A stretch of 39,818 nucleotides of DNA from Shigella phage ESh2. Under the pieces are notes generated by a model that saw only the letters and a list, made by a program, of their open reading frames with translations, had not been told where the DNA came from and did not search any database. Shown one piece after another: positions 8,259 to 18,724 of the stretch; the first letter of the stretch is position 1, and every line of letters begins with the position of its first letter. The DNA lies in the sequence record ON528716. The stretch is one strand, 5' to 3'. The position numbers were made by a program, and so were the translations under genes.

Positions 8259-8278
8259 TACGACTCACTAAAGGAGGT
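8256..8278 (+). promoter_or_regulatory. T7 RNAP promoter phi1.5
   Basis: taatacgactcactaaaggaggt. Confidence 0.8.
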
Positions 8279-8285
8279 ACACACC

Positions 8286-8375
8286 ATGATGTACTTAATG
8301 CCATTACTCATTGTCATTCTAGGATGCCTTGCGCTCCACTGTAGCGATGATGATATGCCAGATGGTCACGCCTAA
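8286..8375 (+). CDS. 1.5: gene 1.5 protein (29 aa)
   Basis: MMYLMPLLIVILGCLALHCSDDDMPDGHA matches T7 gp1.5. Confidence 0.75.
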   Translation: MMYLMPLLIVILGCLALHCSDDDMPDGHA

Positions 8376-8395
8376 TACGACTAACTAAAGGAGAC
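8373..8395 (+). promoter_or_regulatory. T7 RNAP promoter phi1.6 (variant with A at -7)
   Basis: taatacgactaactaaaggagac; C-to-A at -7 relative to consensus. Confidence 0.6.
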
Positions 8396-8400
8396 ACTAT

Positions 8401-8661
8401 ATGTTTCGACTTCATTACAACAAAAGCATTAAGAATTTCACGATTCGCCGTGCTGACCGTTCAATCGTATGTGCGAGCGAGAGCCGAGCTAAGTTACCTC
8501 TTATTGGTAACACAGTTCCTTTGGCACCGAGCGTCCACATCATTATCACCCGTGGTGACTTTGAGAAAGCAATAGACAAGAAACGTCCGGTTCTTAGTGT
8601 GGCAGTGACCCGCTTCCCGTTCGTCCGTCTGTTACTCAAACGAATCAAGGAGGTGTTCTAA
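8401..8661 (+). CDS. 1.6: gene 1.6 protein
   Basis: 86 aa; [27 protein letters not shown]... matches T7 gp1.6. Confidence 0.9.
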   Translation: MFRLHYNKSIKNFTIRRADRSIVCASESRAKLPLIGNTVPLAPSVHIIITRGDFEKAIDKKRPVLSVAVTRFPFVRLLLKRIKEVF

Positions 8662-8997
8662 TGTCTCGTATCATGCAAAAATGTGATAGCCCTACCTACT
8701 GTGAAGCCTGTAATGGTGACGACCGCTTTCCTCATGTGGGTAAGCCTATAGTCGATAAACCACAAGATATAGAGGGTGTGCGCACTCCGAGCCACTACAT
8801 GTTGTTTGACGACATTGAGGCTATCGAAGTGATTGCCCGTTCAATGACTCGTGAGCAGTTCAAAGGGTACTGCTTAGGGAACGTCTTAAAATACAGACTA
8901 CGTGCTGGCAAGAAGTCAGAACTGGCTTACTTAGAGAAAGACCTAGCGAAAGCAGACTTCTATAAAGAACTCTTTGAGAAACATAAGGATAAATGTT

Positions 8998-9005
<8 letters not shown>
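8661..9005 (+). CDS. 1.7: gene 1.7 protein (nucleotide kinase homolog), N-terminally shortened relative to T7
   Basis: 114 aa; C-terminal part ...PSHYMLFDDIEAIEVIARSMTREQFKGYC...KHKDKCYA matches T7 gp1.7 C-terminus; T7 protein recalled as about 196 aa. Confidence 0.8.
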
Positions 9006-9359
<354 letters not shown>

Positions 9360-9362
<3 letters not shown>

Positions 9363-9382
9363 TACGACTCACTATTAGGGAG
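9360..9382 (+). promoter_or_regulatory. T7 RNAP promoter phi2.5
   Basis: taatacgactcactattagggag. Confidence 0.8.
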
Positions 9383-9431
9383 GGAAGACTCCCTTTGAGA
9401 AACCAAACGAAACCTAAAGGAGATTAACATT

Positions 9432-10130
9432 ATGGCTAAGAAGATTTTCACCTCTGCGCTGGGTACTGCTGAACCTTACGCTTACCTCTCCAAGCCGGAC
9501 TACGGTAACGAAGAGCGTGGCTTTGGGAACCCTCGCGGTGTCTACAAAGTTGACCTGACTATTCCCAACAAAGACCCGCGCTGTCAACGCATGGTCGATG
9601 AAATCGTGAAGTGTCACGAAGAGGCTTATGCTGCTGCCGTTGAGGAATACGAAGCGAATCCACCTGCTGTAGCTCGTGGTAAGAAACCGCTGAAACCGTA
9701 TGAAGGCGACATGCCATTCTTCGATAACGGTGACGGCACGACTACCTTTAAGTTCAAATGCTACGCGTCTTTCCAAGACAAGAAGACCAAAGAGACCAAG
9801 CACATCAATCTGGTTGTGGTTGACTCCAAGGGTAAGAAGATGGAAGACGTTCCGATTATCGGTGGTGGCTCTAAGCTGAAAGTCAAATACTCTCTGGTTC
9901 CGTACAAGTGGAACACTGCTGTAGGTGCAAGCGTTAAGCTGCAACTGGAATCCGTGATGCTGGTCGAACTGGCTACCTTTGGTGGCGGTGAAGACGATTG
10001 GGCTGACGAAGTTGAAGAGAACGGCTATGTTGCCTCTGGTTCTGCCAAAGCGAGCAAACCACGCGACGAAGAAAGCTGGGACGAAGACGACGAAGAGTCC
10101 GATGAAGTAGACGAAGACGGAGATTTCTAA
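9432..10130 (+). CDS. 2.5: single-stranded DNA-binding protein with acidic C-terminal tail
   Basis: 232 aa; MAKKIFTSALGTAEPYAYLSKPDYGNEERGF... ends DEDDEESDEVDEDGDF; matches T7 gp2.5. Confidence 0.97.
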   Translation: MAKKIFTSALGTAEPYAYLSKPDYGNEERGFGNPRGVYKVDLTIPNKDPRCQRMVDEIVKCHEEAYAAAVEEYEANPPAVARGKKPLKPYEGDMPFFDNGDGTTTFKFKCYASFQDKKTKETKHINLVVVDSKGKKMEDVPIIGGGSKLKVKYSLVPYKWNTAVGASVKLQLESVMLVELATFGGGEDDWADEVEENGYVASGSAKASKPRDEESWDEDDEESDEVDEDGDF

Positions 10131-10586
10131 GTGGCTGGCGCATACGCTGCGCGTGGTATCAGAAAGGTCGGGACATTCCGTTCCGGCCTAGAAGATAAGG
10201 TCTCTAAGCAGCTAGAGAGTAAAGGTATACAGTTTGACTACGAGCAGTGGAAGATTCCATACGTAGTCCCTGCGAGTAATCATACCTATTGTCCAGATTT
10301 TCTACTGCCCAATGGTATCTTTATCGAGACCAAAGGACTATGGGAAAGTGATGACCGCAAGAAGCACCTACTTATTCGCGAGCAGATGCCTGAGCTAGAT
10401 ATACGACTTGTGTTCTCAAGCTCCCGAACAAAGCTCTACAAAGGGTCTCCAACGTCCTATGCAGAATTTTGTGAAAAGCACGGCATCAAGTTTGCTGATA
10501 AGCTGATTCCAGTTGAGTGGCTCAAAGAGCCTAAACGGGAGGTGCCATTCGATAAGCTCAAACAGTCAAAAGGAGCTAAGAAGTGA
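10131..10586 (+). CDS. 3: endonuclease I (Holliday junction resolvase)
   Basis: 151 aa from GTG at 10131 immediately after the 2.5 stop; MAGAYAARGIRKVGTFRSGLEDKVSKQLESKG...PDFLLPNGIFIETKG matches T7 gp3. Confidence 0.9.
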   Translation: MAGAYAARGIRKVGTFRSGLEDKVSKQLESKGIQFDYEQWKIPYVVPASNHTYCPDFLLPNGIFIETKGLWESDDRKKHLLIREQMPELDIRLVFSSSRTKLYKGSPTSYAEFCEKHGIKFADKLIPVEWLKEPKREVPFDKLKQSKGAKK

Positions 10587-11041
10587 TTCATCCAAAACTC
10601 TTGATAGAGCCGACCGATTCCTGTATTGAATGGACAGGCGCGTTCCACAAGAACGGGTACGGAGTAATCTCTTTGAATCGCAAAGTAGCTGCCGAACTAG
10701 GAATACCTAGGGTGCAATTTGTACACAGGGCAAGCTACATGCAGCATAAAGGAACTATAGGTGATGGACTTGTTGTTCGTCACCTGTGTCACAACAGAAA
10801 GTGTTTCAACCCAGCTCACTTGGAAGTCGGCACTCAGTACGATAACTTCGAAGATAGTGTTAAGGTTGGTCGCAACAAACGTAAACTGCTTGATGAGGAC
10901 GTTAAATCAATTAGAGAGTCCACAATGAGTAACCGCAAGTTAGCCAAGCTATACGGTGTTAGCTCTACAACGATCTTCCACATCAAGCACAACAACAAGT
11001 GGAGGAATTTAAATGGCACGAGTACAATTCAAACAGCGTGA
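10583..11041 (+). CDS. HNH homing endonuclease (free-standing), inserted between genes 3 and 3.5
   Basis: 152 aa from GTG 10583 (SD aggag 7 nt upstream); motifs EWTGAFHKNGYG, HRASY, RHLCHNRKCFNPAHLEVGTQYDN; C-terminal region SNRKLAKLYGVSSTTIFHI resembles a helix-turn-helix. Confidence 0.8.
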   Translation: MIHPKLLIEPTDSCIEWTGAFHKNGYGVISLNRKVAAELGIPRVQFVHRASYMQHKGTIGDGLVVRHLCHNRKCFNPAHLEVGTQYDNFEDSVKVGRNKRKLLDEDVKSIRESTMSNRKLAKLYGVSSTTIFHIKHNNKWRNLNGTSTIQTA

Positions 11042-11468
11042 AAGCACCGATGCAATCTTCGTTCATTGCTCAGCAACAAAACCTAATATGAATTGGGGTG
11101 TACGTGAGATTCGCCAGTCTCATAAAGAGCGTGGGTTCCTAGATGTGGGATACCACTTTATCATCAAGCGCGATGGTACTGTAGAGGAAGGCCGAGATGA
11201 GATGGCTGTAGGCTCTCACGCTAAGGACTACAATCACAACTCAATCGGTGTCTGCCTTGTGGGTGGTATCGACGATAAGGGTAAGTTTGACGCTAACTTT
11301 ACGCCAGCCCAAATGCAATCCCTTCGATCACTGCTTGTCACACTGCTGGCTAAATACGAAGGCGCTGTGCTTCGCGCACATCATGATGTTGCACCTAAGG
11401 CTTGCCCATCGTTCGACCTTAAGCGTTGGTGGGAGAAGAATGAACTTGTAACTTCTGACCGTGGATAA
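11013..11468 (+). CDS. 3.5: lysozyme (N-acetylmuramoyl-L-alanine amidase) / RNAP inhibitor
   Basis: 151 aa; MARVQFKQRESTDAIFVHCSATKPN... matches T7 lysozyme; start and SD lie inside the 3' end of the HNH ORF. Confidence 0.95.
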   Translation: MARVQFKQRESTDAIFVHCSATKPNMNWGVREIRQSHKERGFLDVGYHFIIKRDGTVEEGRDEMAVGSHAKDYNHNSIGVCLVGGIDDKGKFDANFTPAQMQSLRSLLVTLLAKYEGAVLRAHHDVAPKACPSFDLKRWWEKNELVTSDRG

Positions 11469-11469
11469 T

Positions 11470-11492
11470 TAATTGAACTCACTAAAGGGAGA
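11470..11492 (+). promoter_or_regulatory. T7 RNAP promoter phi3.8
   Basis: taattgaactcactaaagggaga. Confidence 0.8.
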
Positions 11493-11512
11493 CCACAACG
11501 GTTTCCCTTTGT
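11487..11512 (+). promoter_or_regulatory. 5' leader hairpin / RNase III site R3.8
   Basis: gggagaccacaacggtttccc hairpin; same sequence recurs at the phi10 leader (22511). Confidence 0.6.
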
Positions 11513-11524
11513 TCGCAATGTTGA

Positions 11525-13285
<1,761 letters not shown>

Positions 13286-13298
<13 letters not shown>

Positions 13299-13498
13299 TT
13301 AAGAAATTAGGCCAACTGCTGGTTCGTATGTATAACGTGGAAGCCAAGCGTCTGAACGATGAGGCTCGTAAAGAGGCCACACAGTCACGCGCTCTAGCGA
13401 TTCGCTCCAACGAACTGGCTGACAGTGCATCCACTAAAGTTACCGAAGCTGCCCGTGTAGCAAACCAAGCTCAACAGCTTTCCAAATTCTTTGAGTAA
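13286..13498 (+). CDS. 4.3: gene 4.3 protein
   Basis: 70 aa; MFKLIKKLGQLLVRMYNVEAKRLNDEARKE... matches T7 gp4.3. Confidence 0.9.
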
Positions 13499-13517
13499 TC
13501 AAACAGGAGAAACCAAC

Positions 13518-13787
13518 ATGTCTAACGTAGCTGAAACTATCCGTCTATCCGATACCGCTGACCAGTGGAACCGTCGAGTCCACATCAACGTTCGCAACGG
13601 TAAGGCGACTATGGTTTACCGATGGAAGGACTCTAAGTCCTCTAAGAATCACACTCAGCGTATGACGTTGACAGATGAGCAAGCACTGCGTCTGGTCAAT
13701 GCGCTTACCAAAGCTGCCGTGACAGCAATTCATGAAGCTGGTCGCGTCAACGAAGCTATGGCTATCCTCGACAAGATTGGTAGCTAA
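13518..13787 (+). CDS. 4.5: gene 4.5 protein
   Basis: SD aggag 8 nt upstream of ATG 13518; MSNVAETIRLSDTADQWNRRVHINVRNGKATMVYRWKD... matches T7 gp4.5. Confidence 0.9.
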   Translation: MSNVAETIRLSDTADQWNRRVHINVRNGKATMVYRWKDSKSSKNHTQRMTLTDEQALRLVNALTKAAVTAIHEAGRVNEAMAILDKIGS

Positions 13788-13797
13788 GAGTGGTATA

Positions 13798-13830
13798 CTC
13801 AAGGCCGCCAAAGTGGTGGCCTTCATGAAT
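13798..13830 (+). promoter_or_regulatory. RNase III processing hairpin R4.7
   Basis: ctcaaggccgccaaagtggtggccttcatgaat. Confidence 0.6.
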
Positions 13831-13831
13831 A

Positions 13832-13854
13832 CTATTCGACTCACTATAGGAGAT
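13832..13854 (+). promoter_or_regulatory. T7 RNAP promoter phi4.7
   Basis: ctattcgactcactataggagat. Confidence 0.75.
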
Positions 13855-13860
13855 ATTACC

Positions 13861-14292
13861 ATGCGTGACCCTAAAGTTATCCAAGCAGAAATCGCTAAGT
13901 TGGAAGCTGAACTGGAGGACGTTAAGTACCATGAGGCCAAGACTCGCTCCGCTGTTCACATCTTGAAGAACTTAGGTTGGACCTGGACAAGACAGACTGG
14001 CTGGAAGAAGCCAAAGACAGTCTGGCTGGAAGAAACAGAAGTTAACAAGCTGAGCCACAATGTGTTCTATAAGGACACTATGACCCGCATCAAGGCTGGT
14101 GATTGGGTTAAGGTTGACATGGGAGTTGTTGGTGGGTAGGGCTACGTCCGCTCAGTTGGTGGCAAATATGCACAAGTGTCATACATCACAGGTGTTACTC
14201 CACGCGGTGCAATCGTTGCCGATAAGACCAGCATGATTCACACAGGTTTCTTGACAGTCGTTTCATACGAAGAGATTGTTAAGTCACGATAA
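13861..14292 (+). pseudogene. 4.7: gene 4.7 interrupted by an in-frame amber (TAG) codon at 14137-14139; truncated product 92 aa (13861..14139)
   Basis: Reading frame continues after the TAG for 50 more sense codons (GYVRSVGGKYAQVSYITGVTPRGAIVADKTSMIHTGFLTVVSYEEIVKSR) that match the T7 gp4.7 C-terminus; T7 has TAT (Tyr) where this window has TAG. Confidence 0.8.
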
Positions 14293-14311
14293 TCAAATAG
14301 GAGAAATCAAT

Positions 14312-16426
14312 ATGATCGTTTCTGACATCGAAGCTAACGCCCTCTTAGAGAGCGTCACTAAGTTCCACTGCGGGGTTATCTACGACTACTCCACCGCTGA
14401 GTACGTAAGCTACCGACCGAGTGACTTCGGTGCGTATCTGGATGCGCTGGAAGCCGAGGTTGCACGAGGCGGTCTTATTGTGTTCCACAACGGTCACAAG
14501 TATGACGTTCCTGCATTGACCAAACTGGCAAAGCTACAATTGAACCGAGAGTTCCACCTTCCTCGCGAGAACTGTATTGACACCCTAGTTCTGTCACGCT
14601 TGATTCACTCTAACCTCAAGGACACCGATATGGGTCTCCTGCGCTCAGGTAAGTTGCCGGGGAACCGCTTTGGGTCTCACGCTTTGGAGGCGTGGGGTTA
14701 TCGCTTAGGCGAGATGAAGGGTGAATACAAAGACGACTTTAAGCGTATGCTTGAAGAGCGAGGTGAAGAATACGTTGATGGAATGGAGTGGTGGAACTTC
14801 AACGAAGAGATGATGTCCTATAACGTTCAGGACGTTGTGGTCACTAAAACCCTCCTTGAGAAGCTACTCTCTGACAAACATTACTTCCCTCCTGAGATTG
14901 ACTTTACGGACGTAGGACACACTACGTTCTGGTCAGAATCCATTGAGGCCGTTGACATTGAACATCGCGCTGCATGGCTACTTGCTAAGCAAGAGCGTAA
15001 TGGGTTCCCGTTTGACACGAAAGCAATCGAAGAGTTGTACGTAGAGTTAGCTGCTCGACGCTCTGAGTTGCTACGTAAATTGACCGAAACGTTCGGCTCA
15101 TGGTATCAACCTAAGGGTGGCACTGAGATGTTCTGCCATCCACGGACAGGTAAGCCACTGCCTAAATACCCTCGCATTAAGACACCTAAAGTCGGAGGCA
15201 TCTTTAAGAAGCCTAAGAACAAGGCACAGCGAGAGGGACTAGAGCCGTGCGAACTGGATACCCGTGAGTACGTTGCTGGTGCTCCGTATACTCCGGTAGA
15301 GCACGTAGTGTTTAACCCTTCGTCTCGTGACCACATTCAGAAGAAACTTCAAGAGGCTGGATGGGTCCCGACTAAGTTCACCGATAATGGTGCTCCTGTG
15401 GTGGACGATGAGGTGCTAGAAGGAGTACGTGTAGATGACCCTGAGAAGCAGGCTGCTATCGACCTCATTAAAGAGTACTTGATGATTCAGAAGCGAATCG
15501 GACAGTCTGCTGAGGGAGACAAAGCATGGCTTCGTTATGTTGCTGAGGACGGTAAGATTCATGGTTCTGTTAATCCCAACGGCGCTGTTACTGGTCGTGC
15601 CACCCATGCTTTCCCTAACCTAGCACAGGTACCCGGTGTCCGTTCTCCTTATGGGGAGCAGTGTCGCGCTGCTTTTGGCGCTGAGCATCATTTGGATGGA
15701 CTAACTGGTAAGCCTTGGGTTCAGGCTGGCATCGACGCATCCGGTCTGGAGCTACGCTGCTTGGCCCACTTCATGGCTCGCTTTGATAACGGTGAGTATG
15801 CTCACGAGATTCTTAATGGCGACATCCACACTAAGAACCAGATTGCTGCCGAATTGCCTACCCGCGATAACGCTAAGACGTTCATCTATGGGTTCCTCTA
15901 CGGTGCTGGTGACGAGAAGATTGGACAGATTGTTGGTGCTGGTAAAGAGCGCGGTAAGGAACTCAAGAAGAAATTCCTTGAGAACACCCCAGCTATTGCA
16001 GCACTCCGTGAGTCTATCCAACAGACACTTGTGGAGTCCTCTCAGTGGGTAGCTGGTGAGCAACAAGTCAAGTGGAAACGCCGCTGGATTAAGGGTCTGG
16101 ATGGTCGTAAGGTACACGTCCGTAGTCCTCATGCTGCCTTGAATACCCTACTGCAATCTGCTGGTGCTCTCATCTGCAAACTGTGGATTATCAAGACCGA
16201 AGAGATGCTCGTAGAGAAAGGCTTGAAGCACGGCTGGGATGGGGACTTTGCGTACATGGCATGGGTGCATGACGAAATCCAAGTAGGTTGCCGTACCGAA
16301 GAGATTGCTCAGGCGGTCATTGAGACCGCACAAGAAGCAATGCGCTGGGTTGGAGACCACTGGAACTTCCGGTGTCTTCTTGATACCGAGGGTAAGATTG
16401 GTCCTAACTGGGCCGTATGTCACTGA
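14312..16426 (+). CDS. 5: DNA polymerase (family A, with 3'-5' exonuclease and thioredoxin-binding domain)
   Basis: 704 aa from ATG 14312 (SD aggag); [26 protein letters not shown]... near-identical to T7 gp5. Confidence 0.98.
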   Translation: MIVSDIEANALLESVTKFHCGVIYDYSTAEYVSYRPSDFGAYLDALEAEVARGGLIVFHNGHKYDVPALTKLAKLQLNREFHLPRENCIDTLVLSRLIHSNLKDTDMGLLRSGKLPGNRFGSHALEAWGYRLGEMKGEYKDDFKRMLEERGEEYVDGMEWWNFNEEMMSYNVQDVVVTKTLLEKLLSDKHYFPPEIDFTDVGHTTFWSESIEAVDIEHRAAWLLAKQERNGFPFDTKAIEELYVELAARRSELLRKLTETFGSWYQPKGGTEMFCHPRTGKPLPKYPRIKTPKVGGIFKKPKNKAQREGLEPCELDTREYVAGAPYTPVEHVVFNPSSRDHIQKKLQEAGWVPTKFTDNGAPVVDDEVLEGVRVDDPEKQAAIDLIKEYLMIQKRIGQSAEGDKAWLRYVAEDGKIHGSVNPNGAVTGRATHAFPNLAQVPGVRSPYGEQCRAAFGAEHHLDGLTGKPWVQAGIDASGLELRCLAHFMARFDNGEYAHEILNGDIHTKNQIAAELPTRDNAKTFIYGFLYGAGDEKIGQIVGAGKERGKELKKKFLENTPAIAALRESIQQTLVESSQWVAGEQQVKWKRRWIKGLDGRKVHVRSPHAALNTLLQSAGALICKLWIIKTEEMLVEKGLKHGWDGDFAYMAWVHDEIQVGCRTEEIAQAVIETAQEAMRWVGDHWNFRCLLDTEGKIGPNWAVCH

Positions 16427-16445
16427 TTCTATAGGAGAAATTATT

Positions 16446-16745
16446 ATGGCTATGACAAAGAAATTTAAAGTATCCTTTGACGTTACCGCAAAGATGCCGT
16501 CTGACGTTCAGGCAATCTTAGAGAAAGACATACTGCACTTGTGTAAGCAGGTAGGCTCAGGTGCGATTGTCCCAGATGGTAAACAGAAGGAAATGATTGT
16601 CCAGTTCCTGACACACGGTATGGAAGGCGTGATGGCATTCGTAGTGCGTACATCATTCCGTGAGGCCATCAAGGACATGCACGAAGAGTATTCCGATAAG
16701 GACTGCTTCAAGTTATCTCCTGCAACAGTACGGGAGGTGTTCTGA
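16446..16745 (+). CDS. 5.5: gene 5.5 protein (H-NS binding)
   Basis: 99 aa; MAMTKKFKVSFDVTAKMPSDVQAILEKD... matches T7 gp5.5. Confidence 0.9.
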   Translation: MAMTKKFKVSFDVTAKMPSDVQAILEKDILHLCKQVGSGAIVPDGKQKEMIVQFLTHGMEGVMAFVVRTSFREAIKDMHEEYSDKDCFKLSPATVREVF

Positions 16746-16954
16746 TGTCTGACTACCTGAAAGTACTGCAAGCAATCAAAAGTTGCCCTAAGACTTTCCA
16801 GTCCAACTATGTGCGGAACAATGCGAGCCTCGTAGCGGAGGCCGCTTCCCGTGGTCACATCTCATGTCTGACTACGAGTGGACGTAACGGTGGCGCTTGG
16901 GAAATCACTGCTTCCGGTACTCGCTTTCTGAAACGAATGGGAGGGTGTGTCTGA
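16745..16954 (+). CDS. 5.7: gene 5.7 protein
   Basis: 69 aa; MSDYLKVLQAIKSCPKTFQSNYVRNNASLVAEAASRGH... matches T7 gp5.7. Confidence 0.9.
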   Translation: MSDYLKVLQAIKSCPKTFQSNYVRNNASLVAEAASRGHISCLTTSGRNGGAWEITASGTRFLKRMGGCV

Positions 16955-17112
16955 TGGTACGTGACACTGTAACAATTCCGCGTGATGTGTGGAACGATAT
17001 GCAGGGCTACATCGACTCTCTGGAGCGTGAGAACGATAGCCTTAAGAATCAACTGATGGAAGCTGACGAATACGTAGCGGAACTAGAGGAGAAACTTAAT
17101 GGCACTTCTTGA
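16954..17112 (+). CDS. 5.9: RecBCD inhibitor (gp5.9)
   Basis: 52 aa; MVRDTVTIPRDVWNDMQGYIDSLERENDSLKNQLMEADEYVAELEEKLNGTS; matches T7 gp5.9. Confidence 0.85.
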   Translation: MVRDTVTIPRDVWNDMQGYIDSLERENDSLKNQLMEADEYVAELEEKLNGTS

Positions 17113-18001
17113 CCTTAAACAATTCTATGAGTTACGTGAAGGTTGTGACGACAAAGGTATCCTTGTGATGGACGGTGACTGGCTGGTCTTCCAAGCGATG
17201 AGTGCCGCTGAGTTTGATGCCTCATGGGAGGAAGAGATTTGGCACCGCTGCTGTGACCACGCTAAGGCCCGTCAGATTCTTGAGGATTCCATTAAGTCCT
17301 ACGAGACACGCAAGAAGGCTTGGATAGGCGCTCCGATTGTCCTTGCGTTCACCGATAGTGTTAACTGGCGTAAAGAACTGGTTGACCCGAACTACAAGGC
17401 TAACCGTAAGGCAACTAAGAAACCTGTAGGTTACTTTGAGTTCCTTGATGCTCTCTTTGAGCGCGAAGAGTTCTATTGCATCCGTGAGCCTATGCTTGAG
17501 GGTGATGACGTTATGGGAGTTATTGCTTCCAATCCGTCTGCATTTGGTGCCCGTAAGGCTGTAATCATCTCGTGCGATAAGGACTTTAAGACCATCCCTA
17601 ACTGTGACTTCTTGTGGTGTACCACTGGTAACATCCTGACTCAGACCGAAGAGTCCGCTGACTGGTGGCACCTCTTCCAGACAATCAAAGGTGACATCAC
17701 AGATGGTTACTCAGGGATTGCCGGATGGGGTGATACCGCAGAGGACTTCTTGAATAACCCGTTCATAGTCGAGCCTAAAACGTCTGTGCTTAAGTCTGGT
17801 AAGAACAAAGGCAAAGAGGTTACTAAATGGGTTAAACGTGACCCTGAGCCTCATGAGACGCTTTGGGACTGCATTAAGTCCATTGGTGCTAAGGCCGGTA
17901 TGACCGAAGAGGATATTATCAAGCAGGGCCAGATGGCACGCATCCTGCGGTTCAACGAGTACAACTTTATCGACAAGGAGATTTACCTGTGGAGGCCGTA
18001 G
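17099..18001 (+). CDS. 6: 5'-3' exonuclease
   Basis: 300 aa; MALLDLKQFYELREGCDDKGILVMDGDWLVF... matches T7 gp6. Confidence 0.98.
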   Translation: MALLDLKQFYELREGCDDKGILVMDGDWLVFQAMSAAEFDASWEEEIWHRCCDHAKARQILEDSIKSYETRKKAWIGAPIVLAFTDSVNWRKELVDPNYKANRKATKKPVGYFEFLDALFEREEFYCIREPMLEGDDVMGVIASNPSAFGARKAVIISCDKDFKTIPNCDFLWCTTGNILTQTEESADWWHLFQTIKGDITDGYSGIAGWGDTAEDFLNNPFIVEPKTSVLKSGKNKGKEVTKWVKRDPEPHETLWDCIKSIGAKAGMTEEDIIKQGQMARILRFNEYNFIDKEIYLWRP

Positions 18002-18102
18002 CGTATATTGGCATTGGTCTTTGTGTTCTCGGAATGGGCCTCATTGCATGGGGCATTTGGGACTTAGCCAGAATAATCAAGTCGTTACACGAAACTAAGT
18101 GA
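17989..18102 (+). CDS. 6.3: gene 6.3 small protein (37 aa)
   Basis: GTG start with SD aaggag 8 nt upstream; MEAVAYIGIGLCVLGMGLIAWGIWDLARIIKSLHETK; length matches T7 gp6.3; overlaps end of gene 6. Confidence 0.5.
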   Translation: MEAVAYIGIGLCVLGMGLIAWGIWDLARIIKSLHETK

Positions 18103-18106
18103 TAAA

Positions 18107-18160
18107 CTCAAGGCCCTAAATTAATACGACTCACTATAGGGAGATAGGGGCCTTTATGGT
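18107..18160 (+). promoter_or_regulatory. RNase III hairpin R6.5 enclosing promoter phi6.5
   Basis: ctcaaggcccta ... taggggcctttatggt arms flank the promoter. Confidence 0.6.
18122..18144 (+). promoter_or_regulatory. T7 RNAP promoter phi6.5
   Basis: taatacgactcactatagggaga, exact consensus. Confidence 0.9.
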
Positions 18161-18198
18161 TATTACTTTAAGATTTAACTCTAAGAGGAATCTTTATT

Positions 18199-18453
18199 AT
18201 GCTAACACCTATTAACCATTTACTTAAGAACCCTAACGATATTCCAGACGTGCCTCGTGCAACCGCTGAGTATCTACAGGTTCGATTCAACTACGCGTAC
18301 CTCGAAGCGTCTGGTCATATAGGATTTATGCGCGCTAATGGTTGTAGTGAAGCCCACATCTTGGGTTTCATTCAAGGCCTACAGTATGCCTCTAACATCA
18401 TTGACGAGATTGAGTTACGCAAGGAACAACTAAGAGATGATGGGGAGGATTGA
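18199..18453 (+). CDS. 6.5: gene 6.5 protein
   Basis: 84 aa; [30 protein letters not shown]... matches T7 gp6.5. Confidence 0.9.
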   Translation: MLTPINHLLKNPNDIPDVPRATAEYLQVRFNYAYLEASGHIGFMRANGCSEAHILGFIQGLQYASNIIDEIELRKEQLRDDGED

Positions 18454-18457
18454 CCTT

Positions 18458-18724
18458 ATGTGTTTCTCACCGAAAGTTAAAGTTCCGAAGATGGATACCA
18501 ATCAGATTCGAGCCGTTGAGCCAGCGCCACTGACACAAGAAGTGTCAAGCGTGGAGTTCGGTGGGTCTTCTGATGAGACGGATACCGAAGGCACCGAAGT
18601 GTCTGGACGCAAAGACCTAAAGGTCGAACGCGATGATTCCGTAGCGAAGTCTAAAGCCAGTGGTACTGGTTCCGCTCGTATGAAATCTTCAATCCGTAAG
18701 TCCGCATTTGGAGGCAAGAAGTGA
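18458..18724 (+). CDS. 6.7: gene 6.7 virion protein
   Basis: 88 aa from ATG 18458 (SD ggggagg); MCFSPKVKVPKMDTNQIRAVEPAPLTQE... matches T7 gp6.7. Confidence 0.85.
   Translation: MCFSPKVKVPKMDTNQIRAVEPAPLTQEVSSVEFGGSSDETDTEGTEVSGRKDLKVERDDSVAKSKASGTGSARMKSSIRKSAFGGKK

Noticed and set aside
14276-14311. Upstream ATG start for DNA polymerase
   Set aside because: ATG 14312 is preceded by the SD aggag and matches the T7 N-terminus MIVSDIEA; the upstream extension would overlap the gene 4.7 tail
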